From Ascoidea asiatica JCM 7603 (Eukaryota > Fungi > Ascomycota): a stretch of 64,000 bases of DNA. Under the pieces are notes generated by a model. That model was given only the letters and a program-made list of their open reading frames with translations, made no database searches and was not told the DNA's origin. Location of the stretch: the NCBI GenBank assembly GCA_001600695.1, contig BCKQ01000013.1, forward strand, positions 377,996 to 441,995. Direction: 5' to 3'. Of the stretch, positions 38,374-51,800 are shown piece after piece; within the stretch, counting starts at the first letter, position 1, and the number at the start of each line of letters is the position of its first letter. A program made the position numbers and the translations under genes.

Positions 38374-40190
38374 TTGTATAATCTGTTCGAGAAGGAATAT
38401 GTTGAAACTTTCCGTATTCATCAGAAGTCCATATTTACCCAAGAAATGTATCGTCCTGTTTTTAATAACGAAATGGTTAAACTGGTGGAGTTCTTACAAG
38501 GTACGCATAAGCAGATGTTTGACCTTAAACAAAAATTGAGCCTTTTCGAACAAGAATTGGCCACTATAGAAAAACTGTTTAACAACACTCCTGATAGTTC
38601 ATTGGTAGAAAGGGTACGTAGAATAAGTAAAAACTACTACCGTATTGGCAACCAAATATTTTATTGCGAAAAAATACTTTTACTTCATATAGACGAAATA
38701 GTAGAGGTAACCCTTTGGTTCCATCAGTCAAAAGGAAGGTGCCGGAAGAGATCCCAGTTTGCGGAAAGGGAGCTTAAACAAATGTTTTATAATCTTCCAA
38801 ATGAATTTTCAAACGAAATAAAACTTCGTTGCTTGATATTGCTAAACTAGTCAGTTATTAAGCCAGTTGGGGAGGTCAATTTTACTAAGTCTTCCCAAAG
38901 CTGTGAAAGAGTACAAGTGGACTTAATAGAGATGAGAAGCACTAGGTCAATTAAAGAATATAGGTTATTAGTTAACCCGAACAAGTCGGATGAAGATATT
39001 GAACCCCTAGAAGAGTCGTATATTTTAGAAAACTTAGATGAGATTGAAAACTCCAAAACAGAAGAAGACTATGAGAAGAAAGATGATGATATAAAGGAAT
39101 ACAAGTGGATTATACATTTCAGGGATCATTTTACTAAATTTAGTTGGTGTTGGCCTCTATTCAATAAGCGTGCCACTTCGAGCGAATAGGTTATCCGTAA
39201 GTTTATTAATTCTGATAACACACCATGAATGCTCCAAATGGATAAGGGGCAGAATTTATAACTAAGACAATTCCAATTAAGCAAGGTTAGGAACGTCAAA
39301 ATAGTTCGAAGTTCGAATAAGCCGAAGACATCCAACGGCGAACGGACATGTGGAGAAGGGTAACCACTTATTAAAAGCGAAGCTACTTTGACTAATATAT
39401 ATCTATGCAAGTAGAAATTGGTCTAGCTTTCTAGATGATACTATTTATTCGCTTAATAACAATTACAGTCGTGTTATTGGTGTCACACCTTCACAAGCTC
39501 TATATCTCCATGCTGACACAATATTTCCGAATACTGGAAAAGAATATAAACAAAAGACAATTGGTCCGATCTGGGCAGCTCATTCTCGAAAAAACTCGGA
39601 AATGTTTTGCTCAGAAAGTTCAACGGACAATTCTAAAATAATCACCACGAATAACAGGTACATGATGCTAACAGATAAGAAACGCAATGATCCATCTGCC
39701 AAGAAAACCATTAAGTTATATGACAAGGCAAAGGTGACATTTAATAAACAACATATTGCTGTAAGAATATCTGACAAATCTCGCCTTGGTTATCTTATAC
39801 ACAGTATGACGAGTTCCCAAGATGAAACAAAAAAGTTTTATAACTTTGCATATAAAACCGGAATGTTAGAAAATGCTTTTCTGTACCCTGAATTGTAAAA
39901 TATTAGAGCGGACGTTGATGTTGGCTTTCCTCTATCAGCAGATTTCGTAAGAAAAACTGTCAGTTCACATAGTGTTAGTAAACATATTTTACCTCTGAAT
40001 GAATTGGCATCAGCAAAAGATGTTTTTCCCCGAGAAGACCCTACGGATTCCAAAATAGCTAAATCATGTGATTCTGCTTTACAGTGTACAGAGAGATGTG
40101 GATGCAGAAAAAAAAGGTCGGGTGCTCCCTACTATGCAGTAATCATAACTGCGAGCATCAGATTAATTGTCGGAACTACAAACCAGGTGC
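38374..40190 (+). pseudogene. Ginger/KRBA2-SCAND3-like DDE (rve) integrase-type transposase pseudogene
   Basis: RVQVDLIEMRS...EYKWIIHFRDHFTKFSWCWPLFNKRA...P*MLQMDKG, and Cys-rich tail CTERCGCRKK/KVGCSLLCSNHNC; no RT or RNase H nearby. Confidence 0.8.
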
Positions 40191-42059
40191 GAAGGTGTTT
40201 GGTCCCATAGGTTAGAGGTTGTTGATGATAAAAGAAACAAAACAATTTTCAGTATTACCTATGTTTAGTAACGTTGCTTGATTTTTTATTTGCGATTGAG
40301 CTATAATTTTATAACAGGCAGACAAATAAAAGCAATCCGTATGGCTGGAGCTCATATGCTTAGCCAGTTCTTTTTTCAGTGAACCAGCGAAGATGAGTTT
40401 ACCAAACCGGTGATAATAAAAAATATTGGCCAAACATCAGGCTTAATTTATTTACAGATGTTACTTAGTTGGATTAGGGCAGACCAGTTCTATTTGAAAA
40501 TACCAATCTGTGTGGAAATCGAAATTATTTTCCAAACAAATAAACCCAACCCCACAAAATACCTGCTTAATGTTTTTGGACACCGCCTAAATCGTTTGTA
40601 AGAGTTGTTACTCTTTTTATTAAAAGTTCATACAGCGTTAGTGTCGATCATCAAGTGCAAAATGGTTCCCATTCCCTTAATCACTTGAAAAACTTTAACA
40701 TTTCTTATCAGCAACTCTCGTTTTCTGTATACTTTAATATTTCTTTTCGACTCAATCAATTCAAAGCGCTACAGTATAGCTTCCAATCCAGTCATGTGTC
40801 TTCTGACAGTGCTTATGGCATGCGTCTGCAAGGATATAGCGGCTCAGATTTTGACATATATTGATGTGGGTGTAGGTTTCCACCTCAAAGTCAATATGCT
40901 ATGATTTGTTCCTTTACAGTTGGAATTTAAATAAATTTCATTATTTATCATTAACAACAGTATCTCAAGGAGAGCAAAAGGACTCAGCGTTTTAGTTAAG
41001 AAATCGATAAATGGGTAGAAGTTTGAACGGTTTGGATCCATCATGCTACTGGCAATCTCGGTTGAACCCTAACCCTACTGTTCAAGAGATGCGGCCAGTC
41101 GAGCTGCAGTTAGCTACTACATAATTTTTCTTGGATGGTCTCAACAATCCAAGGCATAAACGGAGAAACCAAGTTAGAGTCAAAACATTGGCGTAATTCT
41201 GGGCGAATATGCCTCTGCATTAATCCCGGAGATGTGTTCCAGACATAGTTATAGGTTTAAGTCCCGTTCAATCATACTTTAATTATTACCTGTTTTGGGG
41301 TCATGGAAACATGAACAGAACCATAAGCCGTTTTAGTTAGAATCTCGTTTAAAGGTGAGGTGTTTATCAATACGTAATCACTTTTTTTACGGTAAGCTAA
41401 CCGCTTGTCTTTTATTACGTCTATGAATTAGTTGGTGTCATATTCTACCGATTTATTGTCGAAAACATGAATAAAGAAATATGAAAGTAGGTGTAGCGTC
41501 TAAATGTTTTGGCAGTCCTTTTTAAAATACAATTTATTATATCCTTGACCTGTTTCTGCAAGCCTATAGTTTCGTCATAATTTATCTCTTCAGCTGGCAC
41601 GTGGGTAAAGGTAATACAGATCTACATTGAAGTTGTCCTTTCGGTTATACGGTTTCAGGTTTCGGATAAAACCGATTGGATGGATTATAATTATGTAACA
41701 ACTCTCCTAAACTGTTTCATTTTGTATACTATATAAATTGAGTCCATGACAGAATTTTGTTGACCATGGGCACCTGTGATCGAACGGCAGACCAGCATTT
41801 AATGCTAACGACTTCGGTTTCATTGTTCATTTATAATACCTGTCAAGATACTTCGAAAACTACATAACTGGAGCTATCATCCTCACCTTGCTGAGTGCCC
41901 ACCGCAAGAAAGTAAAAATGAATAGATAAAGGTCGATTTAGTTTAAGGGAATAAAATGGCTTTAGAAATTTGAGTAATGCTAGTATACATAACCTGGTAG
42001 CTATAAATTTTTTACTTGATTATATTAATCATAGAGAATATGTAAGTAAATTTTGTGTG

Positions 42060-43100
42060 ATTTTGCGATCACTCTCAACGCATTATGAAACAAAATATTG
42101 TACCCAGTCACTTGTAAAAGACTTTAATCATCTTTGATAGATTTTGTTTCTAAGTTTTATCAGTCAAGCGTATTTCAAATTTTCCTCAATCCACAAACTA
42201 TGGGGTAATATGTACCATTAGGCCGTTTGTTGCAGTACGTTACCATTCAGTTGGCTCCCAAAATGGCTTCTAAATTCTTGGCTTTTATTGATCTATCACG
42301 AGTATGGGGGTTTCAAGCCGCATGTATAATTAATTTCAGACACTAATTTTATGCAGAGTGGGTTTTACATTGTCAACATACTTGTTTGTGTACGAGTAAT
42401 AGCCTGTCAGTTCACAGATTTTTAAAGAAAATTACGCTTATATACCTTTTTGTTTGGTGGCAGGGTAAGCCTAGTTAGTACTATAGTAAATGTTTGGTGA
42501 ATCCTCTCTTTCGAGCGATACTCCCTTTTTTTCGTTGGAAGCTAACATATTTACTACCCTTTGTTCAGTCACTCCAAACTTATATGTGATTTCGAATGCT
42601 TGATATAAGATAACCAGCATTGTGCTTAATTTTTGCCAGTCTTTCAAGACAGGCATGCAACACTTGAGAGCTTTAAATGGAAACTGCTGTCTTCGAATGA
42701 CATATATTAAGCTAGCAACAGTTTGTCAGGCCAGACTTCCGGTAAACAATTTTCTTACTAAGTAAATTTCTGAACAGCTTTTATTGCGCTTAGAAGTACT
42801 AGCGTTAGTTTTCGATAATAAAGATACTATTGATAATCTGAAAAGCAACTTTGCCATAATAGTAATGTTATCTTTATAAACTAGTGTTTGCTATAACTCT
42901 TAGTAAATTAAAACTATTCTTATGAGAGAACCACACCTGGCAAACTTGTGACTCCAGTTGTTTACACACTAAGTAGGTAATAATTTTAATCGCCATAGAA
43001 ATATATCGCTGTACTGTCCGATATTTCAGTTGGTTTCCATTGATTTTTTGAAGGATACATAAGGTTTCTCAAATAGCAAACTACAATCCGCTTAAGCCTT
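42060..43100 (-). pseudogene. Very old hAT transposase C-terminal relic (different family)
   Basis: DWQKLSTMLVILYQAFEITYKF and PHSLWIEENLKYA*LIKLRNKI resemble the hAT insertion and dimerisation segments. Confidence 0.4.
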
Positions 43101-43585
43101 TAAAACAGTATGGCGAAGACTCAATCACTTCTTGTAAAAAACTTGTACAACCTTTTGAAAAGGAAATATATCTAATTTCTCGTGTATGCTTTGAAATTAT
43201 AACCGAACTAAAAACAATTTGTAGCAAACTTCAAGTTTTCTTTCTTAAGACCTGCCGTTTGCATTCAAAAAATAAAGATGCCTTCAGGAAGCTACAAAAG
43301 TTGTGATTCGATTACTCAACAAAATAATAAGAAACATTTACGATTTTCAGAAGAAGGGCGAACACAATAATAATTTATTATTTACCGAAAATTAAACTGA
43401 GTTAATACAGAATAAAAATATGAGATAAAAAAAGACTGTTCAAGTATCTTAACTTATTTCGCTTTGAAATAAATATTGATTTACTACAGAAAAAGAAGTC
43501 TAGTATGTCAAAATGAAAAACAAATTAATTGACCCAAAATAATTCTATGTCCGCTGCAACACAAACTCACTTTAATTAAACTTGG

Positions 43586-43909
43586 TGTTAACCAACATTT
43601 GCGAATCCACTTACTAGATCCTCAGCTACCCAATTGCGTGCTCAACGCAACAGAACGCCAGTACCTTCAGGCTTTTACTGAATAACCATCACTTTATCGC
43701 CTGCCTTCACCACTCTGGCCCTTACAATATGGCAAGGTAGATGAAAATCGGCATTCCCCTACTATTAATCCCTGCAACACTATTTTTGTAGCTTGTGGAT
43801 CCAGTTTGAAAACGAACAACTGTCTTAAATGGATAAGGAACAAGGCTTATAAATGCAGTTGTTACTATAGTTGACTAGCTAAATTTTAAGAAGAGAATTT
43901 AGGTTAACA
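43586..43909 (+). mobile_element. Probable solo LTR (324 bp)
   Basis: Perfect 8-bp terminal inverted repeat TGTTAACC...GGTTAACA, TATAAAT at ~43848; flanks CTTGG/TCAAA are not a TSD. Confidence 0.55.
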
Positions 43910-45575
43910 TCAAACGGTGCTTAGCTTATAGAAAACCATGATCGATGGTGCTGCAAAACCCGCAACATACAGCAGAAAGCAGATTACACCTTAACAGGTT
44001 TTCCAAACGGTTATCCAAAAAGGATTGCGATCTTATTGGTAAGAAGAATTAATACTATAGCTTCTCAGTACATCTTGCCAAAGGTAGCTCAAATGTATAT
44101 TTATTTTTTATTGGAAATTAGGCGCTTACATATTGGTTTTGATAATGACTATTGAACTTCGGTTTACGGCAAAAAGTAAAGTATTGGAGTCTGATGTTTT
44201 AATATAGTTTGTGAACTGCAGCCTGCAGTTCCAGGAAGTGCTCAATAAGTACCAGAACCGGATAGAAAGCTTATCTGCGGTTTTCCTGATTAATGGCATT
44301 GATGTTTACTGGGTACTTGTGTAAATTCGCTACTAAATTTTGCCCGTTCTGCGGGTAACCCAATTACTTTTATTTAAAATCAAGGATTCTTGCTGAGAAA
44401 ATGAAAAAGGATTCTACTAAATTGTGTGTTAATACAAACTAAAATCCTATTTATACCTGATTAATTATAAATGGTCTGGTTTTGTTTAATTTTGATAGTA
44501 TATTGTATTACCTTATACCGATGTCATTATATCAGTTTAGAGTACGAAAGTTTTGCAATGAATGTTGGTTCTTTGGCAATTATAAAATTTTAATTCTAAG
44601 TTATTTTGATTTATTTTTTCTTTCATTACTGTTTTATTTCTGTTTCTCAATTTGTTTCTTTCAGGTACACTTGTGTTAGACGTAATGTATATGCTAGGAA
44701 AGAGCTTCCACACATATGGATTTAAACTTTATCTGAAAAAAAATTTCAATTGTTTTCAAATCTAAATCGCCATAACTTTCAAAAGGCAATTGACACAATC
44801 TATGTCAAAATTGTGTTTTTGAATCAAGGTTGGCACTCTTGTGTTTAAAATTCCATTTCTGGAGCACAGAAGTGTAATGTTTTGTTGCACAATGCCACTG
44901 GCTTATTTATACTCTTAATGATTTAAGACATAAAAAGTTTGTATTTTGTTGCACAACTTGCTGGGATTCTTTTATAAAATAATTTGATTGACCAGTGGTT
45001 ATTATGTTGGATTTAGCTTTAGCTTCTCTTATGGAAACGTTCAATCTACCGTTGAGGTTATTTAAGTTGGTGAGTGTGTCTAATAAAAATCAATTTCCTA
45101 TATATTTGTTTTTATGTTTTCGTTCCTAATTTGTCTGTGGGTTTTGATTGGCAAAATCATTTTTTTTTATTTTCTACATTAGCTTTCGTGCGAAAGGAAT
45201 TTAAATAAGTTGATCGTTTTTTAATTATTGCATTTGAATTATTTTTCTACTGTTTTGAATTATCTAAGGTTATTAAATATTATTGATTCTTTGGTTATCC
45301 ACATTTTTTAATATTATTTTATTATTATCGTTTTTCCTTGATTCATTTTAGGATAAATTAAAGCGTGAATTAGGGTCACTTTTTACATCTAATTTTTTTG
45401 TTGGAATACCGCTTTCAGGTCTTAAAGAAGAACGTACCTTATTTTTAGGATTTCTCTAGAAATGGTACAAATGTAATATAATAATAAGGTACCTAATCTT
45501 GCGTCAAAGATCACTGTATGCTGACAAATATTTCCAAACTATTCTAACGTTTGCAAGTATATTATCAGGAATAAC

Positions 45576-46611
45576 TGTTAGAAATAATAGAGCTATATAT
45601 ATACTAGGGCATATATTGGTACTAACACCATAGGTGGTGAAGGTCTGAAAGACACGTATCTATAGTAAACCTAAAAGAGTTATGTATTATACAGCAATGT
45701 GTGTACACTATATATAATTGTGCATCGAGATGCATAATTGGGCATAAATATACATATTGTTGCATAAAGTTGCATTAAGTTGCATGAAGAATACATAAAT
45801 TTACATGACCTTGCATGAGTCTGTGTACAGGCACACAGATAGTCGGATATCATGGGCCATTCTAGTCACAGGTCATAGGTCATGTGTGCTTACGTCAGGC
45901 ATAGCGTAGAAAGTAGAAAAGGCCTTGAGATAGGTTCCAGCCATAGTCGTAGAACCTTTAAGAGCATATGAAAGCTTAGCCACTCCGTAGGAGGTGAATT
46001 AAAGAGGAGTAGGATTTAACGTCTATCCGGATAGAAGTTAATTCCGAAAGGCCAATCGGCTCCAGGCAGGGACGCCTTTTGGATGAGTGGATTGGCTACG
46101 CCTACTTTCAAGATAAGGTATAATTCTCACTGCGTATACTCAATTGTTACCGAGTAAACAGGAGACTACTGGAGATAGTCCAGTAAGGGATCTATTCCCA
46201 GTACGGCTTCGGGAGTAAAGATTATTCCCACCAATTAGTGCCATTATCTACCCAACTGGAAAGTGGGCTGATTGGTTTTACTATGGTAAAATTCAAATAA
46301 GACTTTCAATTGTTTTCTAATCAAGTTTTCAACCCTTTTTGCAAGGTAAACTTGATTCCCACGCTTATCCTACGAAGGAATCCTGGGACTTTGGGAATTC
46401 ACGAGAATTATCCATAGTTCTGCGGGACCCCGTAGGAATCCTAAATTAATATAAAAGGAACCGATTTCCTCTAATTTTTTTATATAATTTATTTAGTTCA
46501 CTTTTTAGATCATCGATTAGCACGAGTTAATTGGTTAATATATACTAAGTAAAACATTTGATTATATAATTCCAAATTGTGAATTTGTAAAAGAAATAAG
46601 AATTCACAACA
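45576..46611 (+). mobile_element. Solo LTR, family LTR-1
   Basis: TGTTAGAAATAAT...CACAACA; TSD ATAAC/ATAAT (4/5). Confidence 0.92.
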
Positions 46612-46699
46612 ATAATTGGTGGCATGCTAGTATAATGTATTAGCTTTATTCTGCAACGGACAGTTGCCAACAACCTATTCAGCCTGAAGGTTTCTTCAA

Positions 46700-47850
46700 G
46701 GATTCAATACTGATGGTAATCCTAGTATGCTATCAAGAGAATCAATAGTCTATCATTTATTTCAGAAGTTATCCTCGACAAGGTTTTGAAGCTAGAACAT
46801 TATTCAAACTAATATACTGCTACCCTTGTTGGAGATGCTGCACTTGGATATAAGATCTTTAATCTTTTGATTCGGTTTGCCCATGAATTCTCATCCACTC
46901 CCAATTTATAAAAGCTCTTTAGAAAGCCTCCGCTCAAAAAGCTTTCAAGTAAGAAGGCAATGTTATGATATTAGGCCTATCATTATTAATAAAAATTTAA
47001 CTCATGTAACAGTCGACTATACTGATTATACTGCTTTTGGTAATCCTGCATCCGGCAATAACTGTGCTAAATATTATAAATTTCCTGCTGAACAAACCTT
47101 GTAAGAAAAGCTTAGCAAGACAAATGGAAGCACAAAAAAAGCATCTGCTCATCAAGACAAAAGAAACAAATTTAGCTATTGCAAGCTGCGCTTCAGCGGT
47201 TATCAATATGGTAAACATATTAAACCAATGAAGCGTGAAGTGACTCTGGATACCAAACCAATAATTTAAACTGAGAAAGCCTTTGCCTATAATGCTACGT
47301 ATGAGAATATTGCGGACGACGAAGGCCCAGAGACTGAAGTTTACTCGAAATCTTCTTTTTAAACACAAGAGTTTTAGTTTGATCCAATTATTGGCGGTGG
47401 TGCTTCCTGGGCGTTTGCCACCATCCTCATATTATCCATAATTCATACGCTATAGAAACACTTATAACAATAGCAGATTTTAGAAGATCAAATCACTCTT
47501 AGCAGCTGAGATTCTTTTGCAGATCGGTCATTTAATTCTTCATGTGACTAGTATACTGGCCAAGTCTTGCCATAAAATACTTTCAATAAAGGACCTACGT
47601 TCCCATGGATGCATTATTATATTTATTAGTAGCTCTGTACTGTTGCATGAAAATGGTATTTCGTATTCCATTGGAACATTTTCAAATTGTCAAAAAAAAC
47701 CAATAACATTTTTGCTAGGGTTCTTGGGTATGCATTTCCAATGGAGGTTTTCAGTAAAACATTAAAATATGCAACAGGCCATGGATATCTGAAACTTTTT
47801 AGCCTTCGCCATTCAAGTATTTGAACTATGAGGTAGACGGTGAGGCACAT
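46700..47850 (+). pseudogene. Decayed Ty1/copia gag-protease relic
   Basis: PIIGGGASWAF (degenerate IIDSGAS) followed by LILHVTSILAKSCHKILSIKDLRSHGCIIIF...ENG. Confidence 0.55.
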
Positions 47851-48569
47851 ATCAAAAGTTTTGGGAGCTGTAATTAAGTCATGTATATATTGGAAGGTAC
47901 AAAGTTTTAATGAAGATCAATCTGAAAAATGCGGTATCGGGGTGGACGATGCGTTACAGTTATTCCATACAGATACAACCGGCGGGTATACAAATGAAAC
48001 CGGTGCCCAAACCTATTAAACAATTCTAAAGTATGACTTTACCAGATATATTGCTGTTGTCCCTGCGATCTCATAATTGGTCAATGTGATAGAACTTAGA
48101 AAACCATTGAATAGATGGGAACCTTAGAAGGGTTAAAAGTTGCAACGCTAAAGCTGATAATTGGTCCGAGTTGACCAAATTGCCTAGTGGATTCTAATCT
48201 TTTTCTTCTCCAAGTTACAGCCCTCACCATAATGGTCGAGCTCATTGAGCGGTTGGAAAAATTAGAACCATTTTTTACGGATTGCGTGTACACCTTGAAG
48301 AATTTGTTGCGACCGTGGTTATATGGTACATAATAACGACTAATTATATTCCCAGATTGTAGAACACACCTATGAAGTCAAATCCTATACAAAAATTTAC
48401 TAGTGGACTCATATTTCCAGGAGATTTTCACTCTTTGTGTGATGACTGTTTTATCTTAAATTCTATTAAAAATATACTACTTGAGGGATACTATGTTTGT
48501 TATGACAATGATTCTGCCAGCTTTGAATTTGTCGATACACAAAATTATGACAGTATAATAACCGGTGAT

Positions 48570-49366
48570 TCTAATTGACTTAACAATGTCAATTTTATTA
48601 GAACTTATATGTGGTGGCTAAAACTCGAGGATCAACAATAAATCATTTATGTGGTGTGAAAGAAGTGGCACGACCAGGCTCTAGCTTCCAGAATCAAATG
48701 AACGTACTGCAAAAAAAAGAAAAACAATTCCCAAAACGATTAACTGGCAATTCAAATACATGATCCAAAAGAAAGGAAATAAATTTGAAGTTTAAACTAG
48801 CTCTGAACCTCGCAATCATGAACTATTGGTAAATATGAAAGTTTCTCCAAATTCTAGGGTAATCACGGATGACTAAAAAAAATTATTTTGGATGGGGAAA
48901 AATCCGGAGTAGCACCGAAAAAAAATGTTTCAAAACTCTAAATCACTTTATGCCAATAAAGCTTTAATTATAAAAAAAGATATGGAAAATGTTTTATACC
49001 ACAATAGAAAACTTGAATTAAACGGAAAACATAGCATGAATATTCTATTGAAAAATTTATCATCAAATAATGCAAATTTATCATAGATTTTCAGCATCCG
49101 GTAACAGACTTAATAATATTTTCAAAAACTGAATTAAAGTAATTAAAGCATTTTAATAAAGCTGTGGTAATAGATTGCACTTACAGTACCAAAAAATTCA
49201 ATTTACGTTTAATTGATATCATTTCTCAAACGAATTCAAATAAAAGCTTTTATATTGGGTATGGCTTCTTAAGTCATGGGGATATTAACCCTTTTCAATT
49301 TGTTTTACATACATTATTGGAGGGTACCAGCGGATTAAATATTTCTTTTTTTCCATTTATTGTGAT
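48570..49366 (+). pseudogene. Mutator/MULE transposase relic, truncated by hAT end
   Basis: SGVAPKK...IKKDMEN...ELNG and VVIDCTYSTKKFNLRLIDIISQTNSNKSFYIGYGFL match the MULE DxTYKTN core. Confidence 0.85.
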
Positions 49367-49603
49367 TGGTGTTTAAAAGTTCGGTTAGCTCCTAACATAC
49401 TTTTTAAATTGCTGAAATTCCTAACCTAACCATCTAACTTTTCACGTGACTAAAAAAAAATTCGAAGAACCACTTTTCACCGTATCAATCACTCGCCAAG
49501 TTCAAGGAGTTTGCCTATACTCCACATCCTAAGCAATAAATAAAAAGCAAAAAGGTTGCATTTACAAGGCAAAAAATGGCCAAAAAAAAAAAGCCATTAG
49601 CGG
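49367..49603 (+). mobile_element. Isolated left arm of the hAT copy-1 family
   Basis: Colinear with 5890-6128 (GTGTTTAAAAGTT, TAACTTTTCACGTG, TCAATCACTCGC, AAATAAAAAGCAAAAAG). Confidence 0.85.
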
Positions 49604-49671
49604 TAATGCCTGTCCTTTTACTTGACTAACAGAATGATCGACTAGTTCTTTTAGATGTGTGCACCCTTCTC

Positions 49672-50677
49672 TATTGTGAATTTTCCCTTATTTACAAACT
49701 AGAATAAATAAATTTTTCTACTAATTAATTAACTCGTGCTAATCGATGATCGGAAAAAACAAAGTCGGATGAATCAAAAAAAACAAAGAGTGAATACATT
49801 CCCTCTATATTAAGTCTCGATTCATATGCTGCCCCAGAGAAGCATCTAGAATTTTCGAGAATTTCCCAAAGTCCCTCGATTCCTTTCTACAACCAACGTG
49901 AGTATCAAGCGTACCTTCTAAAAAGGGTTGAAAACTTGATTCGAAATCAATTGAAAATCCCATTTCAGTTTTTAACATCGTAAACCCATCCGCCCATTCT
50001 CAAGTGGAGTAGACATGTAAACTAATTACCGGGAAAGTATTAATCCCGCGGCGCGGACTTGAAGTTCAGAAAGGACTGCGTCTGTTCGTCACCAATTTAT
50101 TCCGACAAAATTTGTACACGCATTTACAATTATACCTTTTCTCAAATGAAAGTAGGCTGAGCCAATTTAACGATAAAGAGGGCGTCCCTTCATGGGGTCG
50201 CGTGGCCTTCCTGATTAATCTTTTCCCCGCAATAACGCTAACTCCTAACTACTTTGTGTTCTCCTACCGAAGTGGTTTGGCTTTGATATGGGCTTGCAGG
50301 GTTTACCAGTATGGGTGCTACCAATATCAAGTTCTTTCGTACTTTGCACTGGATACCTCACTGAACCACAGATATCCGAAGCCCTGTTACAATAATATGA
50401 CATCATATTCGAATAGCTGTGTACCTGTAGAGAGGCTTATACGAGGTGATCCGAATTGACCTATTCGTTGTGCAAATTAGCGCAACTTTCTACAACAATA
50501 TGTATACTTAAGTCTAAATAGGTAGATCTATGCCTAATTGTACAAAATGTATACACATTATCGTACAGTACATGACTCTGTTATTCTATTATTGATACGT
50601 ATCTTTTGGAGAATCACCATCTAAGGTGATAGTACGAATATATTCCGTAGCATATATAGAACTCGATTATTTAAACA
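49672..50677 (-). mobile_element. LTR-1, inverted and more diverged copy
   Basis: Reverse complement is colinear with LTR-1 (AACTCGTGCTAATCGATGAT, AAAAAGGGTTGAAAACTTGATT, GATACGTATCTTT); no TSD. Confidence 0.85.
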
Positions 50678-51800
50678 GATCATTATTCCCGAATTGAAAT
50701 AAGTGCTCTCTGTTTACTTCTGCTCATCCCACTTTAGTGCAAATATAAAGAAATCCACTTATTGAGCATAAATTCAAAATCGGGTGGGACCCGGGTAAAA
50801 GTCGACCCTGTAAAAATATTCGAAACTATTGTAATGGTGATTAAAAAAGAAAATATCTATCAACATTTTACATAGAAGTTTCAGATTACATAAATAGTGG
50901 TATATTTTCTCTATATATCTATTTTAAATTGTACTAGAAAACAAAGCATTTTATTTACAATATTTAAAAATATAAATTACTTTACTACTTGTATTTTAAT
51001 TATTTCTTATTTCCATTTCTTTTCAAATTTCAATTATCTATTTAACCTTTGATCTGAATTGTCCTGTACATTTATTATATTAGTGAATTTGAAAAGTCTT
51101 ATTTAAAATTGTTAGTTAATTGTTATTGATGTTTTAGTTATGTGATGAGTTACTTGTTAACCCTATTGCATAAGAAAATATCCAATAAACATTTATTCAA
51201 AGCTCTTAATTCAACAAGGATATTAAAGTTAATTGTGGGTGTCTGCACAGCTACGACTTTACAAAAAGGCCTCTTACAAACAAATATTAGTGACTACTAA
51301 CTATTGTTACCAATCGTGCGAGGCAACCATTCACTATTAGTTTTAGGCAAGTTCGTGCCCGTTACATTGAAGAGTTGTTATTATAGTTTTAACTTTTGGT
51401 TTTCAAGCCTAAACAAATATTTTTGTTCTGAGGTACTTAAGCTCCGCTGAAAAAAAGTTACAGACCCATGGTGTTTTAAATCAAATGCATTATTTTCCCT
51501 GAACTCATTTCCAATGTCTTTGTTTCAATTGGATTCCTTCTCTATTAATAGTTAAAATTTTACTGGACATCCTGTAGTGCCAATTTATAATTTCTTTAAA
51601 TAGTTGGAATATGTCTAAATTTAAATTAGACAGTAAGCTAGGCTTTTCAACAATTAGGAAAACCACCAGATACCAATTTTAATGAAAATGTAAAAAATTC
51701 CGTAATATGAGTGTGATCGAGCCTTCATTCCTAAAGAATAAGTGAAACAAGTTTCTAACAACATGTGTGACTCTTGGAAATTTATATTATTAATAGTAGA

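Noticed and set aside
44700-45100. MULE/AFT-like N-terminal fragment on minus strand (ITLLCSRNG...CVNC)
   Set aside because: Too short and degenerate to support.
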